DNA of 64,000 bases from a virus. Taxonomy: Duplodnaviria; Caudoviricetes. Position numbers and translations under genes: made by a program. Position 1 is the stretch's first letter, and the number at the start of each line of letters is the position of its first letter. This document shows positions 1 through 11,136 of this stretch, piece by piece. Below the pieces are notes generated by a model. It saw nothing but the letters and a program-made list of their open reading frames with translations. It was not told the origin of the DNA and ran no database searches. The stretch is from IMG/VR virus record IMGVR_UViG_3300025137_005045; one strand, given 5' to 3'.

Positions 1-3000
1 AGTATAAAGTCATCAGCACCCTGTCCCAATATCGGAGCAACCACTGCTTTTTCTTTTTCAATGTGTAATTTATCAGCATTTGGATTTAAATTAATAATAC
101 TACCGTTACGCCATCCTTGCTGACTCCAATAAAGAGCTTCGCGTATCATTTGAGACCAATCTAATAGATAATCATTTTCTCTATTTTCAAATTGATAACC
201 TTTTGATTCCAACCAACGACCGTAACTTATCAAAAAGTCACTTAAAGTGCTAGTGTTAGTAAACACATAACCATATGGTATTTTTACTTCAGTGTCGCTG
301 AAGTCTGATGATATTCTTACCTCTGTGTTGCCAACTTTTATCTTTTTAAAATTACCATTTGGTATGCTAGTGAATATGGTAAAATACGGCTGTAATTTAC
401 TGTTACCGTAAACTGCAAATCCATCTACTGTTTTTTGTATGATTACTGAACTGTATTCAACTTGATCAAATATTTCATTGTTGTATAGGAATACTTCATA
501 GCTTTCGTCTGGTAATAGCAAACTTGTGTTATTTGAATTGGGAGATGTCTTTTCTGTAAAGATTTTTAAATAATCTTTATCGCTGAAGCCAGCTAGTCTA
601 TATGTTAATTGTATTTCAATATTTGATAATAGATCTGCAATTTCTGTACTAGTTGAAATACCTTGCTTACGAGCAAAGTCAACTGACCAATTAATATATG
701 AATGCTTAGAATTATTTTCACCGTATACACTGATGTCACTTGATTTAATTCTTGTTCTACCATTGTACAAGTGTTGTCCCAGATCAGTATCAAATTTGTA
801 TAAGTCTCTATCTGCATTAAGAGCAAAAAACTCTGCTGGTTTAGTTAATGCTAGCAATCTCATTATAGCAAATGGATATGCACTAGATTTCCTCCAAGCT
901 GATTCTACTGGACCTTGATCTCCCTGTACCCATGATTTTTCAAGACTTAGATTGTCATAATTTTTAACCATGGTATCAAATGGTGTTTTTAATGCACCTT
1001 CGTCGGTTACCGGAATAACTGTTGTTAAATTAGTTCTTATAAATTTAGTATCTACTGAGTATGTGCTTGTACCGTCCCAAATACGTCCAGCGGCTAAATC
1101 ATCCCATAAAACAGTGTTACCTGATGTATATGGTGCAGGACCATACTTGCTTACCCACCAAATTGGTTTCTCTGAAAAACCTATCATTTCCCACGGTGTT
1201 AAGTGTGGAAGGTCTGTATCATAATACTTGTTAAATGCTCCCCTCCAGTGTCCTGGTAGTAGCTCACCGTCTATGGTATCGTCTGCTTTTGAATAGTTCC
1301 ATGTACGTTTTTCATCAGCATCATAGTCTTGTACTTTGTAGTCTAGTCTGTTCCAGCTTACCCAAGTTAAGAAACTGGTTCCTAGTATTTCTGTAATTTC
1401 TTCTTCAGTATACTCAGTTGTTCTAAATTTGCCTGGCGATACATCTTCAACACATAAAGGAACGTCACCTGTCCATTTAATATTATTATAGATACGTTTT
1501 TCAAACTCTAAAAGTATACTGTCTCTATCATCATCAAATGCTAGTACCTTACTACCATCGTGACCTACTATTACATTTGTTGTGGTTATATAACTATCAT
1601 CTGAATATATTTCAGGTTTATATTTTTTATATAATCCTAGCTTGGTAGGAGTACTTGGTACATAGCTACCGTAGGTTGTTGTGTATTCTCTAATTTTAAC
1701 AACATCACCAGATACCAGTGTTGCTAGACCAGTTGCTACATCATGTATTGTTAATCGAGCACCATCTGTGGCCACTGTGTAATCAATATCTTTTATTAAT
1801 TGTACATCATTTTTATAAACCAATAATCCCTGATAGTTTGCTTTTGTAAAATCATACACTGTTGTTAAGTCAAAGAACTCATCGTCAATTGCTGTAATTG
1901 TATGTGTTGTTTCAGTAAACACATCACCACAAGGAATAGTGTCAGTCCAGTAAAATGGCTGAGTTAATTCTTTGCTAGCATTAACAAATTTTAATGCTTG
2001 ATCTAGTTTTTGTGCTGTTGTTCCAACAAAGTCATTTTTTGTAACGGCGTCAATTATTTTATTTTTATATTTCTCGTATTCTGTTCCTGCATATGCTAAT
2101 GCGTCAAAGAAGTTAATATTGCTATCTCTAACAAATGTAGTAGCTAGTTCTAATGGACTACCTTGTTGAACTATTTTATTACCGTAAGGTACAACATCGC
2201 CTAAATCTCTAATATTATTAATACCTAACACAGTACCTGACAAGGTTGGAATATTTTGAGCCAGATCAACATAATGATTTCTCACAGTACCTAACGTGAT
2301 TGTGGAGAATGTATTATTGGGTGAATTGTTAGCTAGATTATCTGGTATTTGATAAAATCCAGTTTTGCTAACGTTATCACTGATAATACGTACTTCAATA
2401 TTTGCACCAGTTGTTGGTACATGATCCGTTGCAAATGTTATTGTTGTTTGATCTGTTGTGGTTACGAAAGTATATTTGCTAGAATTATAAAATACATTAT
2501 CGACAAAAATAACAACTGCATTATCTGTTGCGGCTTTTGCTGGAATGTCACATACCAAAGGTACATCTGCATATGTAAATGCTATTACTTGTGATTGTAT
2601 TGATTTGTCCAGATGTTTTTTCCATCCTAGTTCTTTTGCAAATGTGGTCCTGGTTGAATAAGTGTGAGCAAATCCTATACTAATATTTGAAGTAGTACTG
2701 ACGCTGTCGGATGTGAAAATAAAAGTGTCACTTTCTAAATTGTTATCAAATACAATGTCTCCTACATTATTAATACTGAGATATTTTAATCTCTGATTTA
2801 ATACTGTGTCTAATGCACCTGATCCAGGAGCATATGAGAATAACTTACTACCTATAAAGTTTGTGCTTGGATAAGTTATCTGATCACTCAGGCTCTTTCC
2901 TGTCTTGTCAAATATGTCGAACAGTGGCGCCTGATTAACTTTTGTTTTCTGTTGTGTTTCCGTCCAGGTATTTCCTGTATATCTATAGCTTTTACCTTGC

Positions 3001-5048
3001 AGTGTTGATCCGCTTAAAAGATACACTGTATTTTCAGCGGCTACTGCTCCGTCTGTTGCTTGAGTTAGATTAATTATTTTATCAGTACTGGTTAACCCGT
3101 CTTCGTCTATTAGGGTAACTTCATAAATTTTATTTCTAACTTCAGGGTCTAAATCATTAGCAAATACAATTCTTGTGCCATTTACTAGGCTATAACCATC
3201 TAAGCTGTATCCTGTTTTTCCATTAACATTACTAAGGGCATCTGTTTGATTAAAGTCAATTATATTAATAGGTGCTTTACCTTCTGTTCCAAAATTAAAC
3301 AGTCTCAATCCTGCTTTAAATTCTAGGATAGGACGTTTAGCTCTCAGAGTTTGATCTAAGTTTGTAACAGTATTATTATATTCTGCTGTTTTATTAATAA
3401 CATCAATGTGTGTCCATCGATTTGTTCTGGTCCAGGGGTTAAGATCTAAACTAGCTTTGTTAATTGTAAAGTAATCTTGATCTTTTGGACTATTTAGACT
3501 TGAATCAAACGGCCCGCTATCAAAAGATGTAATATCAAACGGTAATGTTTCATCATCCAAAAATGGTTCAGGAGTTTGAAAATTTGTTTCAGGCAGTAAT
3601 TGTATTGCAGTACCCACGCCTTCAATATAATATATTTCATCTTGATAGCTAGTAGGTTCTGTTTTTCCTCGGAATTGTACTTTTAATCCGTTAGTAAATA
3701 CAACTCCATTGGGAGAAGTATAATTCACTTTACCTACAATATCTGTATCAACATCTAGTACAGTGCTATCTAGTTCGTCTACTACTTTGATTACACCAAA
3801 TTTAGTAGCATCATTCTGATCTTGATAATACAGTAGATCACGAGTCGCAGTCAACAAGGGTTGAGGTTCAAAGAATCCTTCAGCTGATTTATAGAAATAT
3901 CTAGAAGCATTTTTAGTTCCGTACTGTACTTCAAACTTACTAAGATTAGGTACATCTAGTATACTTGACAATACCATAAACGGTCTAGTAGGATCACTAG
4001 GGTCAGTTTGAAATTGTATTTTCCATACTCCATATCTTTCTGCTGTTGTAGTGATATCAACAGTTGAATCAAATACTTCGCTGTCATAACCAGAAGTAGT
4101 TGAATCAAATCTGTCTGTAAATCTCCATCCACTTAGTGAACCATCAGGATCTGTATTTTTGTTTAAGAATATAACTGTACGATTTTCTAAGTCACTTATT
4201 GAGTCTATTCCTTTATGTTCAGCTAAGAACACATCTACATAGACATTGTTAATTTGATCAAATCTTAAATCAGTGGTTAGATCAACTTCGCCCAAGTCAG
4301 TCATTGAATAGAATTCGTCTTGTGCAGTACTCAATGGAACATTAAATGTTACTGTACCGTTGTCTGTACCGTTGTTAGTTACTCCAAGCACATCTTGACT
4401 TGAAATATTTTCTTGACCAATTAGTGTTCCTGATGTTCCAGGATTTGCTTGTATCCAAAAAGGATTACCATTCTGCTCCACTGTGAATGTATAGTTTCCG
4501 CCTCTTATCAAAGTAATTGTTGGATTTGTTCCTGGAGATCCAGATAATGTATAACCGCTGGTTGTTCTATCAACAGTAAAGTCGTTAGTGAATCCTATTT
4601 CTGTAGCTTGTACATTAACCGAGTCTGGGCCACCTGATAGCCAATGGTATTGACTAAAGTTAATAAATTTATCATAATCAACAAAAGGGTCCCAAGAGTA
4701 AAATTCACTTGAAAATAGTCTATCATGCTTGTTTGTTTTTGCTCCGCGTATGTTAAGAGCGTCTATTAGTCCAGGGTATGTGGTTAGATCTTTTGTTGTT
4801 GCAGTATTTGGTACTTTATAAACCACTGATGGTTCAAGTTGGTAGTTTGCTCTTGTTGTATCTGGTTCAATAACATAGCTGTCAGTAGCACTTACTCCTG
4901 GTCCGTTCTTCTTACCTATAAATCCTTCAACACGCTGTAGCTTGCTTGGCTGGACCATTTGATCCAATGTTGCTGATAAGAATTTTTTGTTGGTATCTGT
5001 CCTAAATATTTCAGGTAATAGATCAACTGTTCTTGTTCTTGTTACCAT
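1..5048 (-). CDS. Large baseplate wedge protein (gp7-like), partial; runs off the window start
   Basis: Absent from the ORF track because it has no stop in the window. ATG at 5048-5046 overlaps the gp6 stop (TAATG). It begins MVTRTRTVDLLPEIFRTDTNKKFLSATLDQ...FYSWDPFVDYDKFINFSQYHWL, and the same frame is open at the window start (...EKEKAVVAPILGQGADDFI). I did not check every codon in between. Position downstream of gp6 fits gp7. Confidence 0.75.
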   Translation of the reverse strand, partial: MVTRTRTVDLLPEIFRTDTNKKFLSATLDQMVQPSKLQRVEGFIGKKNGPGVSATDSYVIEPDTTRANYQLEPSVVYKVPNTATTKDLTTYPGLIDALNIRGAKTNKHDRLFSSEFYSWDPFVDYDKFINFSQYHWLSGGPDSVNVQATEIGFTNDFTVDRTTSGYTLSGSPGTNPTITLIRGGNYTFTVEQNGNPFWIQANPGTSGTLIGQENISSQDVLGVTNNGTDNGTVTFNVPLSTAQDEFYSMTDLGEVDLTTDLRFDQINNVYVDVFLAEHKGIDSISDLENRTVIFLNKNTDPDGSLSGWRFTDRFDSTTSGYDSEVFDSTVDITTTAERYGVWKIQFQTDPSDPTRPFMVLSSILDVPNLSKFEVQYGTKNASRYFYKSAEGFFEPQPLLTATRDLLYYQDQNDATKFGVIKVVDELDSTVLDVDTDIVGKVNYTSPNGVVFTNGLKVQFRGKTEPTSYQDEIYYIEGVGTAIQLLPETNFQTPEPFLDDETLPFDITSFDSGPFDSSLNSPKDQDYFTINKASLDLNPWTRTNRWTHIDVINKTAEYNNTVTNLDQTLRAKRPILEFKAGLRLFNFGTEGKAPINIIDFNQTDALSNVNGKTGYSLDGYSLVNGTRIVFANDLDPEVRNKIYEVTLIDEDGLTSTDKIINLTQATDGAVAAENTVYLLSGSTLQGKSYRYTGNTWTETQQKTKVNQAPLFDIFDKTGKSLSDQITYPSTNFIGSKLFSYAPGSGALDTVLNQRLKYLSINNVGDIVFDNNLESDTFIFTSDSVSTTSNISIGFAHTYSTRTTFAKELGWKKHLDKSIQSQVIAFTYADVPLVCDIPAKAATDNAVVIFVDNVFYNSSKYTFVTTTDQTTITFATDHVPTTGANIEVRIISDNVSKTGFYQIPDNLANNSPNNTFSTITLGTVRNHYVDLAQNIPTLSGTVLGINNIRDLGDVVPYGNKIVQQGSPLELATTFVRDSNINFFDALAYAGTEYEKYKNKIIDAVTKNDFVGTTAQKLDQALKFVNASKELTQPFYWTDTIPCGDVFTETTHTITAIDDEFFDLTTVYDFTKANYQGLLVYKNDVQLIKDIDYTVATDGARLTIHDVATGLATLVSGDVVKIREYTTTYGSYVPSTPTKLGLYKKYKPEIYSDDSYITTTNVIVGHDGSKVLAFDDDRDSILLEFEKRIYNNIKWTGDVPLCVEDVSPGKFRTTEYTEEEITEILGTSFLTWVSWNRLDYKVQDYDADEKRTWNYSKADDTIDGELLPGHWRGAFNKYYDTDLPHLTPWEMIGFSEKPIWWVSKYGPAPYTSGNTVLWDDLAAGRIWDGTSTYSVDTKFIRTNLTTVIPVTDEGALKTPFDTMVKNYDNLSLEKSWVQGDQGPVESAWRKSSAYPFAIMRLLALTKPAEFFALNADRDLYKFDTDLGQHLYNGRTRIKSSDISVYGENNSKHSYINWSVDFARKQGISTSTEIADLLSNIEIQLTYRLAGFSDKDYLKIFTEKTSPNSNNTSLLLPDESYEVFLYNNEIFDQVEYSSVIIQKTVDGFAVYGNSKLQPYFTIFTSIPNGNFKKIKVGNTEVRISSDFSDTEVKIPYGYVFTNTSTLSDFLISYGRWLESKGYQFENRENDYLLDWSQMIREALYWSQQGWRNGSIINLNPNADKLHIEKEKAVVAPILGQGADDFI

Positions 5049-8000
5049 TAAATTATTCCACTATTAGAAGCTGTTCTTAAAGCACTAGAAGTTAGTGCAT
5101 CGATGACCACAATATTTTCTACTGAAGCCGCATTTACAAATATTTCATCTGGAGCTGATCGTATTTCATATAAGTCACCAAAGCTCTTTGTTGGGTCCTT
5201 AGGAACTAGCACAACTGAACTTACTATATCACCCAACTCTGAATGCAGGTATGCTGATAATTCAGAGAAGTAAAACGTATCTCCAAAGTCCCATTTATCA
5301 ATGGTAAAATATTCATTTAGTGCTTCAACCACACGTGATTTAATTTCGCTAGTTGAAACTACTGAATCCGTATACCTAATAACTTTAATATCACCTTGAA
5401 GTTCTGTTGCTGATTTGTTACCAAATAATGGTTTAAATTTTACAGAATTTAAAATTACATTGTCACTGACCATTTTAAAATCTTGTAGTGTAGCGTATGC
5501 AATTGAAAGTTCATCAATTGTTGGCTCAAGAGGTTTAGTAACTGTAGCTGTAGCATCTTTAAGATAATTTTGATACTGTGTATAGTATGAACTAGTTACC
5601 AGATACAAATCAATAATATTTGTTATTGCAGGATCAATTCTTTTACTGTTGCTTGAATTATGTTTGTATTGGAAATGTAAGTCTTGTCTTCCAGTATAGT
5701 ATTGATACTCTGTTGTTTCTGTAAGCGTGTATGTTGTTCCTACAACTGTTAGTTTGTAAAACTTTTTATCTGTAGATGCATAAAATATCTGACCATCTAT
5801 ATATTCTGTTTTAGCTAATTCTATTGCGTCCAATGTTGCGTATAAGATATCAACTGTTCCGCTTGCTATTGGAACAAATCTTTCTAGGTTGTCAAAGTCT
5901 GTGGTCCTTTGTAAAAATGCAACTTTTGTTGTTACATTTGTTTTTGGAGCAACTATGTCTTCAAATATATCTGGATTGTCAGCAATGTTATCACTGTCGC
6001 TATCTGCATAACTTACTAATACTTTAAAGTTATCAACAAAGCCATCTGTTTCTACTTCCTGTCCAATTATGTCTAATTTGATGTCGCTGGTCAAACTTGC
6101 ATTACTGTCGGGTTTGTTATTAATTTTAATTACATTAACAAAATCATTAACTGTTCTTCCTGTTTTAGGATCGTATATTGCATCGTTAGAATCAAATATA
6201 AATCTATTTTCAGTAACTGATGCAAAGTAATAGTTTAGTGTTCTATATTTGACTGTGTATATTGAACCGTCAGTGGTAAACTGTACTAACCATGATGCAT
6301 CTTGTTGTAATCTATCTGTGTTTTTAGCGAAGTCTGTACTAAATTCTGCGTCTTGATTCAAGTTGTCTGATGATATGATATACCATGTTGAGGTTGTGTT
6401 GTCATATCCTAAACCAAAGTTTCTATACAATTCAACTTGTGCAATCATTAATGTTTCAGTTGCCGCAGGTATGTCTGTTACGAATTTTGGAATTACTTCA
6501 GTTGGTATTGCACCAGTAGGTATAAAGTCATTTAATACCACAGGACCACTACCATCATCAAGATTGCCTACACCAAAGTTTGTACCGTCTAATGTTAAAC
6601 TCGATACTGTTACCCAAAGAACTAATTTTTCATTGGCACCTGTTGGAGTGCCTACTTTTAATCTATTATTTGCATCAAAGAAATAACCAGTTGGTGGTTC
6701 TATTTTAATCAATCCACCTTGTTCAATAAAACGTGTGTTACTAGTAGCAATTTCACCAACTGCTATAGGGTTACCGGCGGCATTTTTAAAATATCCTGAG
6801 CTTGAATTAGTTGATGCTGTGCTTTGTTGCCAAATAATGTCTGTTGATGCGTAGCTCGGTCTTACAAATTTATCATTATAAAAATGTACCATTGGTCTTG
6901 AAGCAATAGTTGATTCAAGTTGATTACTAATCACTGCCGCAACATCATTTGTGTCAACAAATGTAAATGTAAAATTAGGTGTGGTAAAGCTTCTATAGAA
7001 CATGCCATCACTGGCAAACGTATTTGTTGATGAATACTTACCTGTTGGATCTAATAGATCTAATTGTCTATTAATACCAATACTTGAACGTCCAAGTGCT
7101 TTAGATTTTAGTATTGAAGTAAACTGTGTGAAAGGGAAGTTGTTGTAGTCCTCACCGTTAACCATTCTATTTTGTGTATAAAATCTTGCTGGAGCACGAG
7201 TTTTAATATCATCAAGTGTGTCTCTTTGTTTAGCATTAGTTACTGGCTGTTGTAGTCCTAAAACAAAACTTACTGTTTCGTTACGACCGTTACGGCTAAT
7301 ATATGGTATTGAGATAGTAATGTTCTGTAATTCGTCTGGATTAATAATATAGTCTAATCCGTTTGATTGTCTGACAAATGTTCTAAAAGTTCCAACTGGT
7401 ACTTTAGAAAATACACCATCTCCAAATCTCAATTGAACCTGATCATTTGTTCCAGCAGTTACAGAATATACTGTACGCTGTTGGCCTTCAGTGGCTGGTG
7501 TGGCTCCTACTCCGTATATACTTTCTACTTTGTTCCATTCGGTTAATGTATTAGTATTAGTAACTTCATATAACCAAACATCACTTTGGTTAATGCCTTC
7601 AACATTGATGTCAACTGTTCTGTTAGATATTCTTTCAGCTACTGAAAAGTCTTGGCTAATTAGTCCGCCTTGTTTGAAGTAAAAGAAAAAGCCTGTATTT
7701 GCAGAACCAAATCCTAGTTTATCATTTCTATACAACACATTCATAGGAGCATTTGGCTGTGGTGAAGATTCATATATGTAAGTTTTATTTGCTGATGTTG
7801 CTGAAACTACTTCAAAAGACATTGTCGTACCATCTACCGTTCCGTCAAAAGGAACTACAGGTAAAAATCCATCTACAACATTTAATTCATATTCATCTGT
7901 GGTTACACCTAATATACTTTGTGTATTACCTGGTCTTCCGAATCTCTGGCTATCTGCTAGAGTTGCGTTTACTATAGATGTAAATTGTTCATACCAATCT

Positions 8001-8449
8001 TGATTTGTTGAATCATTCCAGTTAACTCTAATTCCTGACAGATTGAATCCATTAACGTCTGTTACAGATTCTGTCGTTGACACTCCTAATACTTTTAAGT
8101 AACCTTGTCCTGCTTCGTTTCTTTTTGGACTATACCCTACTAGATTTGCTAGTTTGACCACTGAGTCTCTTCGCTCTGCAGTGTCAATAAAGTTTTCACG
8201 AGCATTTAGATCATTTCTAAATGCAAGACCTTGACCCATAAAGGCCATTAAGTCTAATAGTGCAATAAATTCACTTGACTCTGTGTAGTCGTTAAATGTT
8301 TCTGGATAATATAGTCGAAGATAATCTACGAAACTTTTTCTTAGAGTTTCGAAATCATAACTTTGAAGGTCAGCTTCACGGAAAGTCTTATACAGTCTTT
8401 TCCAGTCTTCTGCTCCGAATATTGCTGTTTGTCTTGTAGTCTTAGCCAT
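5048..8449 (-). CDS. gp6: Baseplate wedge subunit (T4 gp6-like)
   Basis: 1133 aa. N-terminus has SYDFETLRKSFVDYL...FIALLDLMAFMGQGLAFRNDLNARENFIDTAERRDSVVKLANLVGYSPKR, typical of gp6/baseplate-J; contains the RMVNGEDY motif; adjacent to gp25. Confidence 0.85.
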   Translation of the reverse strand: MAKTTRQTAIFGAEDWKRLYKTFREADLQSYDFETLRKSFVDYLRLYYPETFNDYTESSEFIALLDLMAFMGQGLAFRNDLNARENFIDTAERRDSVVKLANLVGYSPKRNEAGQGYLKVLGVSTTESVTDVNGFNLSGIRVNWNDSTNQDWYEQFTSIVNATLADSQRFGRPGNTQSILGVTTDEYELNVVDGFLPVVPFDGTVDGTTMSFEVVSATSANKTYIYESSPQPNAPMNVLYRNDKLGFGSANTGFFFYFKQGGLISQDFSVAERISNRTVDINVEGINQSDVWLYEVTNTNTLTEWNKVESIYGVGATPATEGQQRTVYSVTAGTNDQVQLRFGDGVFSKVPVGTFRTFVRQSNGLDYIINPDELQNITISIPYISRNGRNETVSFVLGLQQPVTNAKQRDTLDDIKTRAPARFYTQNRMVNGEDYNNFPFTQFTSILKSKALGRSSIGINRQLDLLDPTGKYSSTNTFASDGMFYRSFTTPNFTFTFVDTNDVAAVISNQLESTIASRPMVHFYNDKFVRPSYASTDIIWQQSTASTNSSSGYFKNAAGNPIAVGEIATSNTRFIEQGGLIKIEPPTGYFFDANNRLKVGTPTGANEKLVLWVTVSSLTLDGTNFGVGNLDDGSGPVVLNDFIPTGAIPTEVIPKFVTDIPAATETLMIAQVELYRNFGLGYDNTTSTWYIISSDNLNQDAEFSTDFAKNTDRLQQDASWLVQFTTDGSIYTVKYRTLNYYFASVTENRFIFDSNDAIYDPKTGRTVNDFVNVIKINNKPDSNASLTSDIKLDIIGQEVETDGFVDNFKVLVSYADSDSDNIADNPDIFEDIVAPKTNVTTKVAFLQRTTDFDNLERFVPIASGTVDILYATLDAIELAKTEYIDGQIFYASTDKKFYKLTVVGTTYTLTETTEYQYYTGRQDLHFQYKHNSSNSKRIDPAITNIIDLYLVTSSYYTQYQNYLKDATATVTKPLEPTIDELSIAYATLQDFKMVSDNVILNSVKFKPLFGNKSATELQGDIKVIRYTDSVVSTSEIKSRVVEALNEYFTIDKWDFGDTFYFSELSAYLHSELGDIVSSVVLVPKDPTKSFGDLYEIRSAPDEIFVNAASVENIVVIDALTSSALRTASNSGII

Positions 8450-8470
8450 AGTATTCTCGTTGTTATCAAG

Positions 8471-8477
8471 TATTTAT
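8471..8477 (-). promoter_or_regulatory. T4-type late promoter (ATAAATA) for gp6/gp7
   Basis: ATAAATA on the minus strand 21 nt upstream of the gp6 ATG. Confidence 0.65.
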
Positions 8478-8501
8478 CACTTTAGATAACTACGTATATT
8501 A

Positions 8502-8876
8502 TTATACTATACTAGCTGTTTGAGTTTCTTGATTAAAGAAAAGGCTTAGTCTTTGCTTTTCTGTTGTGGATAGCACTGTAACAAAAAGTTCTACCAGTAC
8601 ACCATTTTGCTGTGGGTATACCTGTAGATCATCTACTTTAACTCTAGGGTCTTGCTCAACCGTTCTACGAATTTCATGTTCTAGGTCTTTCATTGTCGAA
8701 TCGGTCTGAGGTTCAAATATTAATCCCCATACATTAGTTCCATAACTAGGATTACCTAACTTTTCGCCTTGTTTGATCAAAAGGCTATTCAGCACATCAC
8801 GTTTAACTAGTTCATAATCAACCAGTGTAAACTTTTTGCTGTTATCAATTGTAGAAAATCCAAAGTATGTTGCCAT
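8502..8876 (-). CDS. gp25: Baseplate wedge subunit gp25-like
   Basis: 124 aa with LVKRDVLNSLLIKQGEKLGNPSYGTNVWGLIFEP...DPRV, the gp25/GPW signature. Confidence 0.9.
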   Translation of the reverse strand: MATYFGFSTIDNSKKFTLVDYELVKRDVLNSLLIKQGEKLGNPSYGTNVWGLIFEPQTDSTMKDLEHEIRRTVEQDPRVKVDDLQVYPQQNGVLVELFVTVLSTTEKQRLSLFFNQETQTASIV

Positions 8877-8881
8877 GCTAG

Positions 8882-8888
8882 TATTTAT
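8882..8888 (-). promoter_or_regulatory. Late promoter (ATAAATA) for gp25
   Basis: Motif 5 nt upstream of the ATG at 8876, implying a nearly leaderless transcript. Confidence 0.55.
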
Positions 8889-8892
8889 TCAC

Positions 8893-11121
8893 TTAATATT
8901 TAGGTTTTGGGATTTTATCGTTATTAATTAACGCATTGCCTGCACTATCAATACCTGTTCTATCCGTTGTGCCAGAATATCCGCCGGGACTACCAAAGCC
9001 ACTTAGATCAGGAGTAATTTTTTCATCTACAAATTGAACAGCATATTGAGCATTTCTTGCTGTTTGTTTAATACCATTGGATATTGTAGTATTTAAATCT
9101 AGACCTTTGGCCCATCTTGTAGTATTATTGACACCGTGACTGATGGACGCATTTAACAATGCTCCTAGATCGTTGGGAGATTCAGTTCCCTTGATCACTC
9201 CGTTTGCTCTTAATTGACTTACGTTGGCCACAAACACATCTTGAACTGCATCTTCCTGTAATGTTGCATTATTAAGGAAGGATGTTAAGTTTGATACTCC
9301 ACCTTTGTTTGTCCACACTGTGGAACTAGATAATACTCTTTCAAGTTGCGTAGTAGTATTACCATAACTATCGGTGCTGGTGCTTGTTGGATCTGTTAAG
9401 AAACGATCTAGTGTACCTGGAGTTAGGTATCCTGCTGATTCTAATTGTTCAGCACTTAAACCAAATTGTCCTAGTCCTTTGTCGGTACTAAACTCATTGA
9501 ATCGTTGTGCAGTATCTTTGGACAGTTGACCCATGATACCAGTAACTTGATCACTGTTTAGTGTTTCAATGTCACCTGACGCTTTATTGATCGCAGTAAA
9601 GTCTTTTAGCTCAATGCCCTTAGGTGAAAATCCTGATACTTCTGTGATTGCCTTTTGTGTAGCTGTTGGTAAAGGTGTTTGTTTAGCACCACCAAAGTTA
9701 ACTGAGTTTGCTACACCTAAATTATGGAACGGCCACGGTTCGTGTGTAGGAACTCTGGTATTGATAGTTTCTAGTTTGCCTGTTTCACTTTGCCATCCTG
9801 TACTACTATTGAATGTGCTGTCGCTTACTTTATTTTTTGGAATTGCTGTAGCTGGTGATACTGGAATGCTACCGCCTGAATTTAATGCAACACATCCTGC
9901 TGTTAATGATAGATTATCTCCTCCATCAAAACTTCCAACCTTACCTGCATCCAATGCCAGTGTTTGGTCTGACCTTACACTTATTTTTAATTTACTATAT
10001 GCTTTTAGTTCACCTTCAGCCCTAAGATTAATAAATGATGATTCTAAATTTAACTTTTGTTTACCTAACATGTTGATGTTTTGTCCGGCATACATGTTAA
10101 TGTCTTTATCGGCATGTAAATTAATAGTGCCCTGTGTTCTTACATTAACAGAATTAGTTGAAAATACATCTACTGTACCTTGTGAACCAAACTCTAACCA
10201 CGACTGTCCATTGGCATGCGTGATATAAAAACAGTTGCCATCGTCACTCATCGTGATTTGATGACCTTTAGCAGTTCTGATTCTAATTAATTGATCGTTG
10301 CCTTCAAGATCACCGTCATCCATAACAAGAGTGTGTCCACCTCGACGACCAATGACTTTTATTTGATCTTGAGTGACTTCACCTTTTTCTAATTTACCTT
10401 TGATATCTGTTTCACTGAAACCACCTGCATAGATAGGTTTACCTGGAGTGCTTACTCCAAACACTGAGCTTGGACTTTCTCTTTGACTGCTTGATGATAT
10501 CGGACCTCTTATACTGTCGTCGATCAGTCCTTGTTGAAAAATTGAATATGCGTGTGTTGAATGGATAGGTTTAGCTCTATCCCAAAATCTACTGTCCTCA
10601 AATACTTCAGGATTCTCTCCATTGATTTCTGTAACAGGAACTGATCCTGTATTACTGTAGAAACTTCCTGCCGCGGCCCCTTCCTTGTCAAATTTCGGAG
10701 AGCCTGCAATACCAGGAATCATATGTCCTAGTCCTGGATCAGGAACACAACCTGTGTAGTATCCTTGATTTGGATCACCGTCTGCAAAGAAACAAAATAC
10801 CTTGGTTCCCACGTCCGGTGGAGTAAACCACATACCGTATGTGTGTCTATTTCCTACAAAATTACCTGTACCATCGTTACCGCCTGCATGTTCTGTTGCT
10901 CCGTAGAAATGAGGTAAGTAGTTAACCGTTCTCCAATTTGATTGATCCTCTGGATTTTGACCGCCAAATGATTCAATATAAACTCGTAGCCTACCAGCTC
11001 GTGTAGAGTCTACTGTGGATTTAACTAAGCCGATGAACGGTCCAAATTCTGCAGGGACTCCTCCCTTGTCAAACTTGTACGCTGTTCCTCGACCTCTATT
11101 TCTTTGTATGTTTTCTGCCAT
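8893..11121 (-). CDS. gp5: Baseplate hub/central spike (gp5/VgrG-like) with C-terminal lysozyme-like domain
   Basis: OB-fold N-terminus (GRLRVYI...WRTV...YGMWFTPPDVGTKVFCFF), beta-helix region (GHTLVMDDGD...IRIRTAKGHQITMSD) and a C-terminal GLGQFGLSAEQLESAGYL segment. Confidence 0.7.
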   Translation of the reverse strand: MAENIQRNRGRGTAYKFDKGGVPAEFGPFIGLVKSTVDSTRAGRLRVYIESFGGQNPEDQSNWRTVNYLPHFYGATEHAGGNDGTGNFVGNRHTYGMWFTPPDVGTKVFCFFADGDPNQGYYTGCVPDPGLGHMIPGIAGSPKFDKEGAAAGSFYSNTGSVPVTEINGENPEVFEDSRFWDRAKPIHSTHAYSIFQQGLIDDSIRGPISSSSQRESPSSVFGVSTPGKPIYAGGFSETDIKGKLEKGEVTQDQIKVIGRRGGHTLVMDDGDLEGNDQLIRIRTAKGHQITMSDDGNCFYITHANGQSWLEFGSQGTVDVFSTNSVNVRTQGTINLHADKDINMYAGQNINMLGKQKLNLESSFINLRAEGELKAYSKLKISVRSDQTLALDAGKVGSFDGGDNLSLTAGCVALNSGGSIPVSPATAIPKNKVSDSTFNSSTGWQSETGKLETINTRVPTHEPWPFHNLGVANSVNFGGAKQTPLPTATQKAITEVSGFSPKGIELKDFTAINKASGDIETLNSDQVTGIMGQLSKDTAQRFNEFSTDKGLGQFGLSAEQLESAGYLTPGTLDRFLTDPTSTSTDSYGNTTTQLERVLSSSTVWTNKGGVSNLTSFLNNATLQEDAVQDVFVANVSQLRANGVIKGTESPNDLGALLNASISHGVNNTTRWAKGLDLNTTISNGIKQTARNAQYAVQFVDEKITPDLSGFGSPGGYSGTTDRTGIDSAGNALINNDKIPKPKY

Positions 11122-11126
11122 ATGTC

Positions 11127-11133
11127 TATTTAA
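11127..11133 (-). promoter_or_regulatory. Late promoter variant (TTAAATA) for gp5
   Basis: Motif 5 nt upstream of the ATG at 11121. Confidence 0.45.
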
Positions 11134-11136
11134 TGC

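Noticed and set aside
5046-5050. Numerous TAATG/ATGA stop-start overlaps
   Set aside because: Ordinary translational coupling in phage operons.
9569-10228. 219-aa plus-strand ORF and other long antisense ORFs (e.g. 41418-42104, 50010-50597, 34669-35133)
   Set aside because: They lie opposite confident genes, have no RBS or promoter, and are explained by codon bias that depletes antisense stops.
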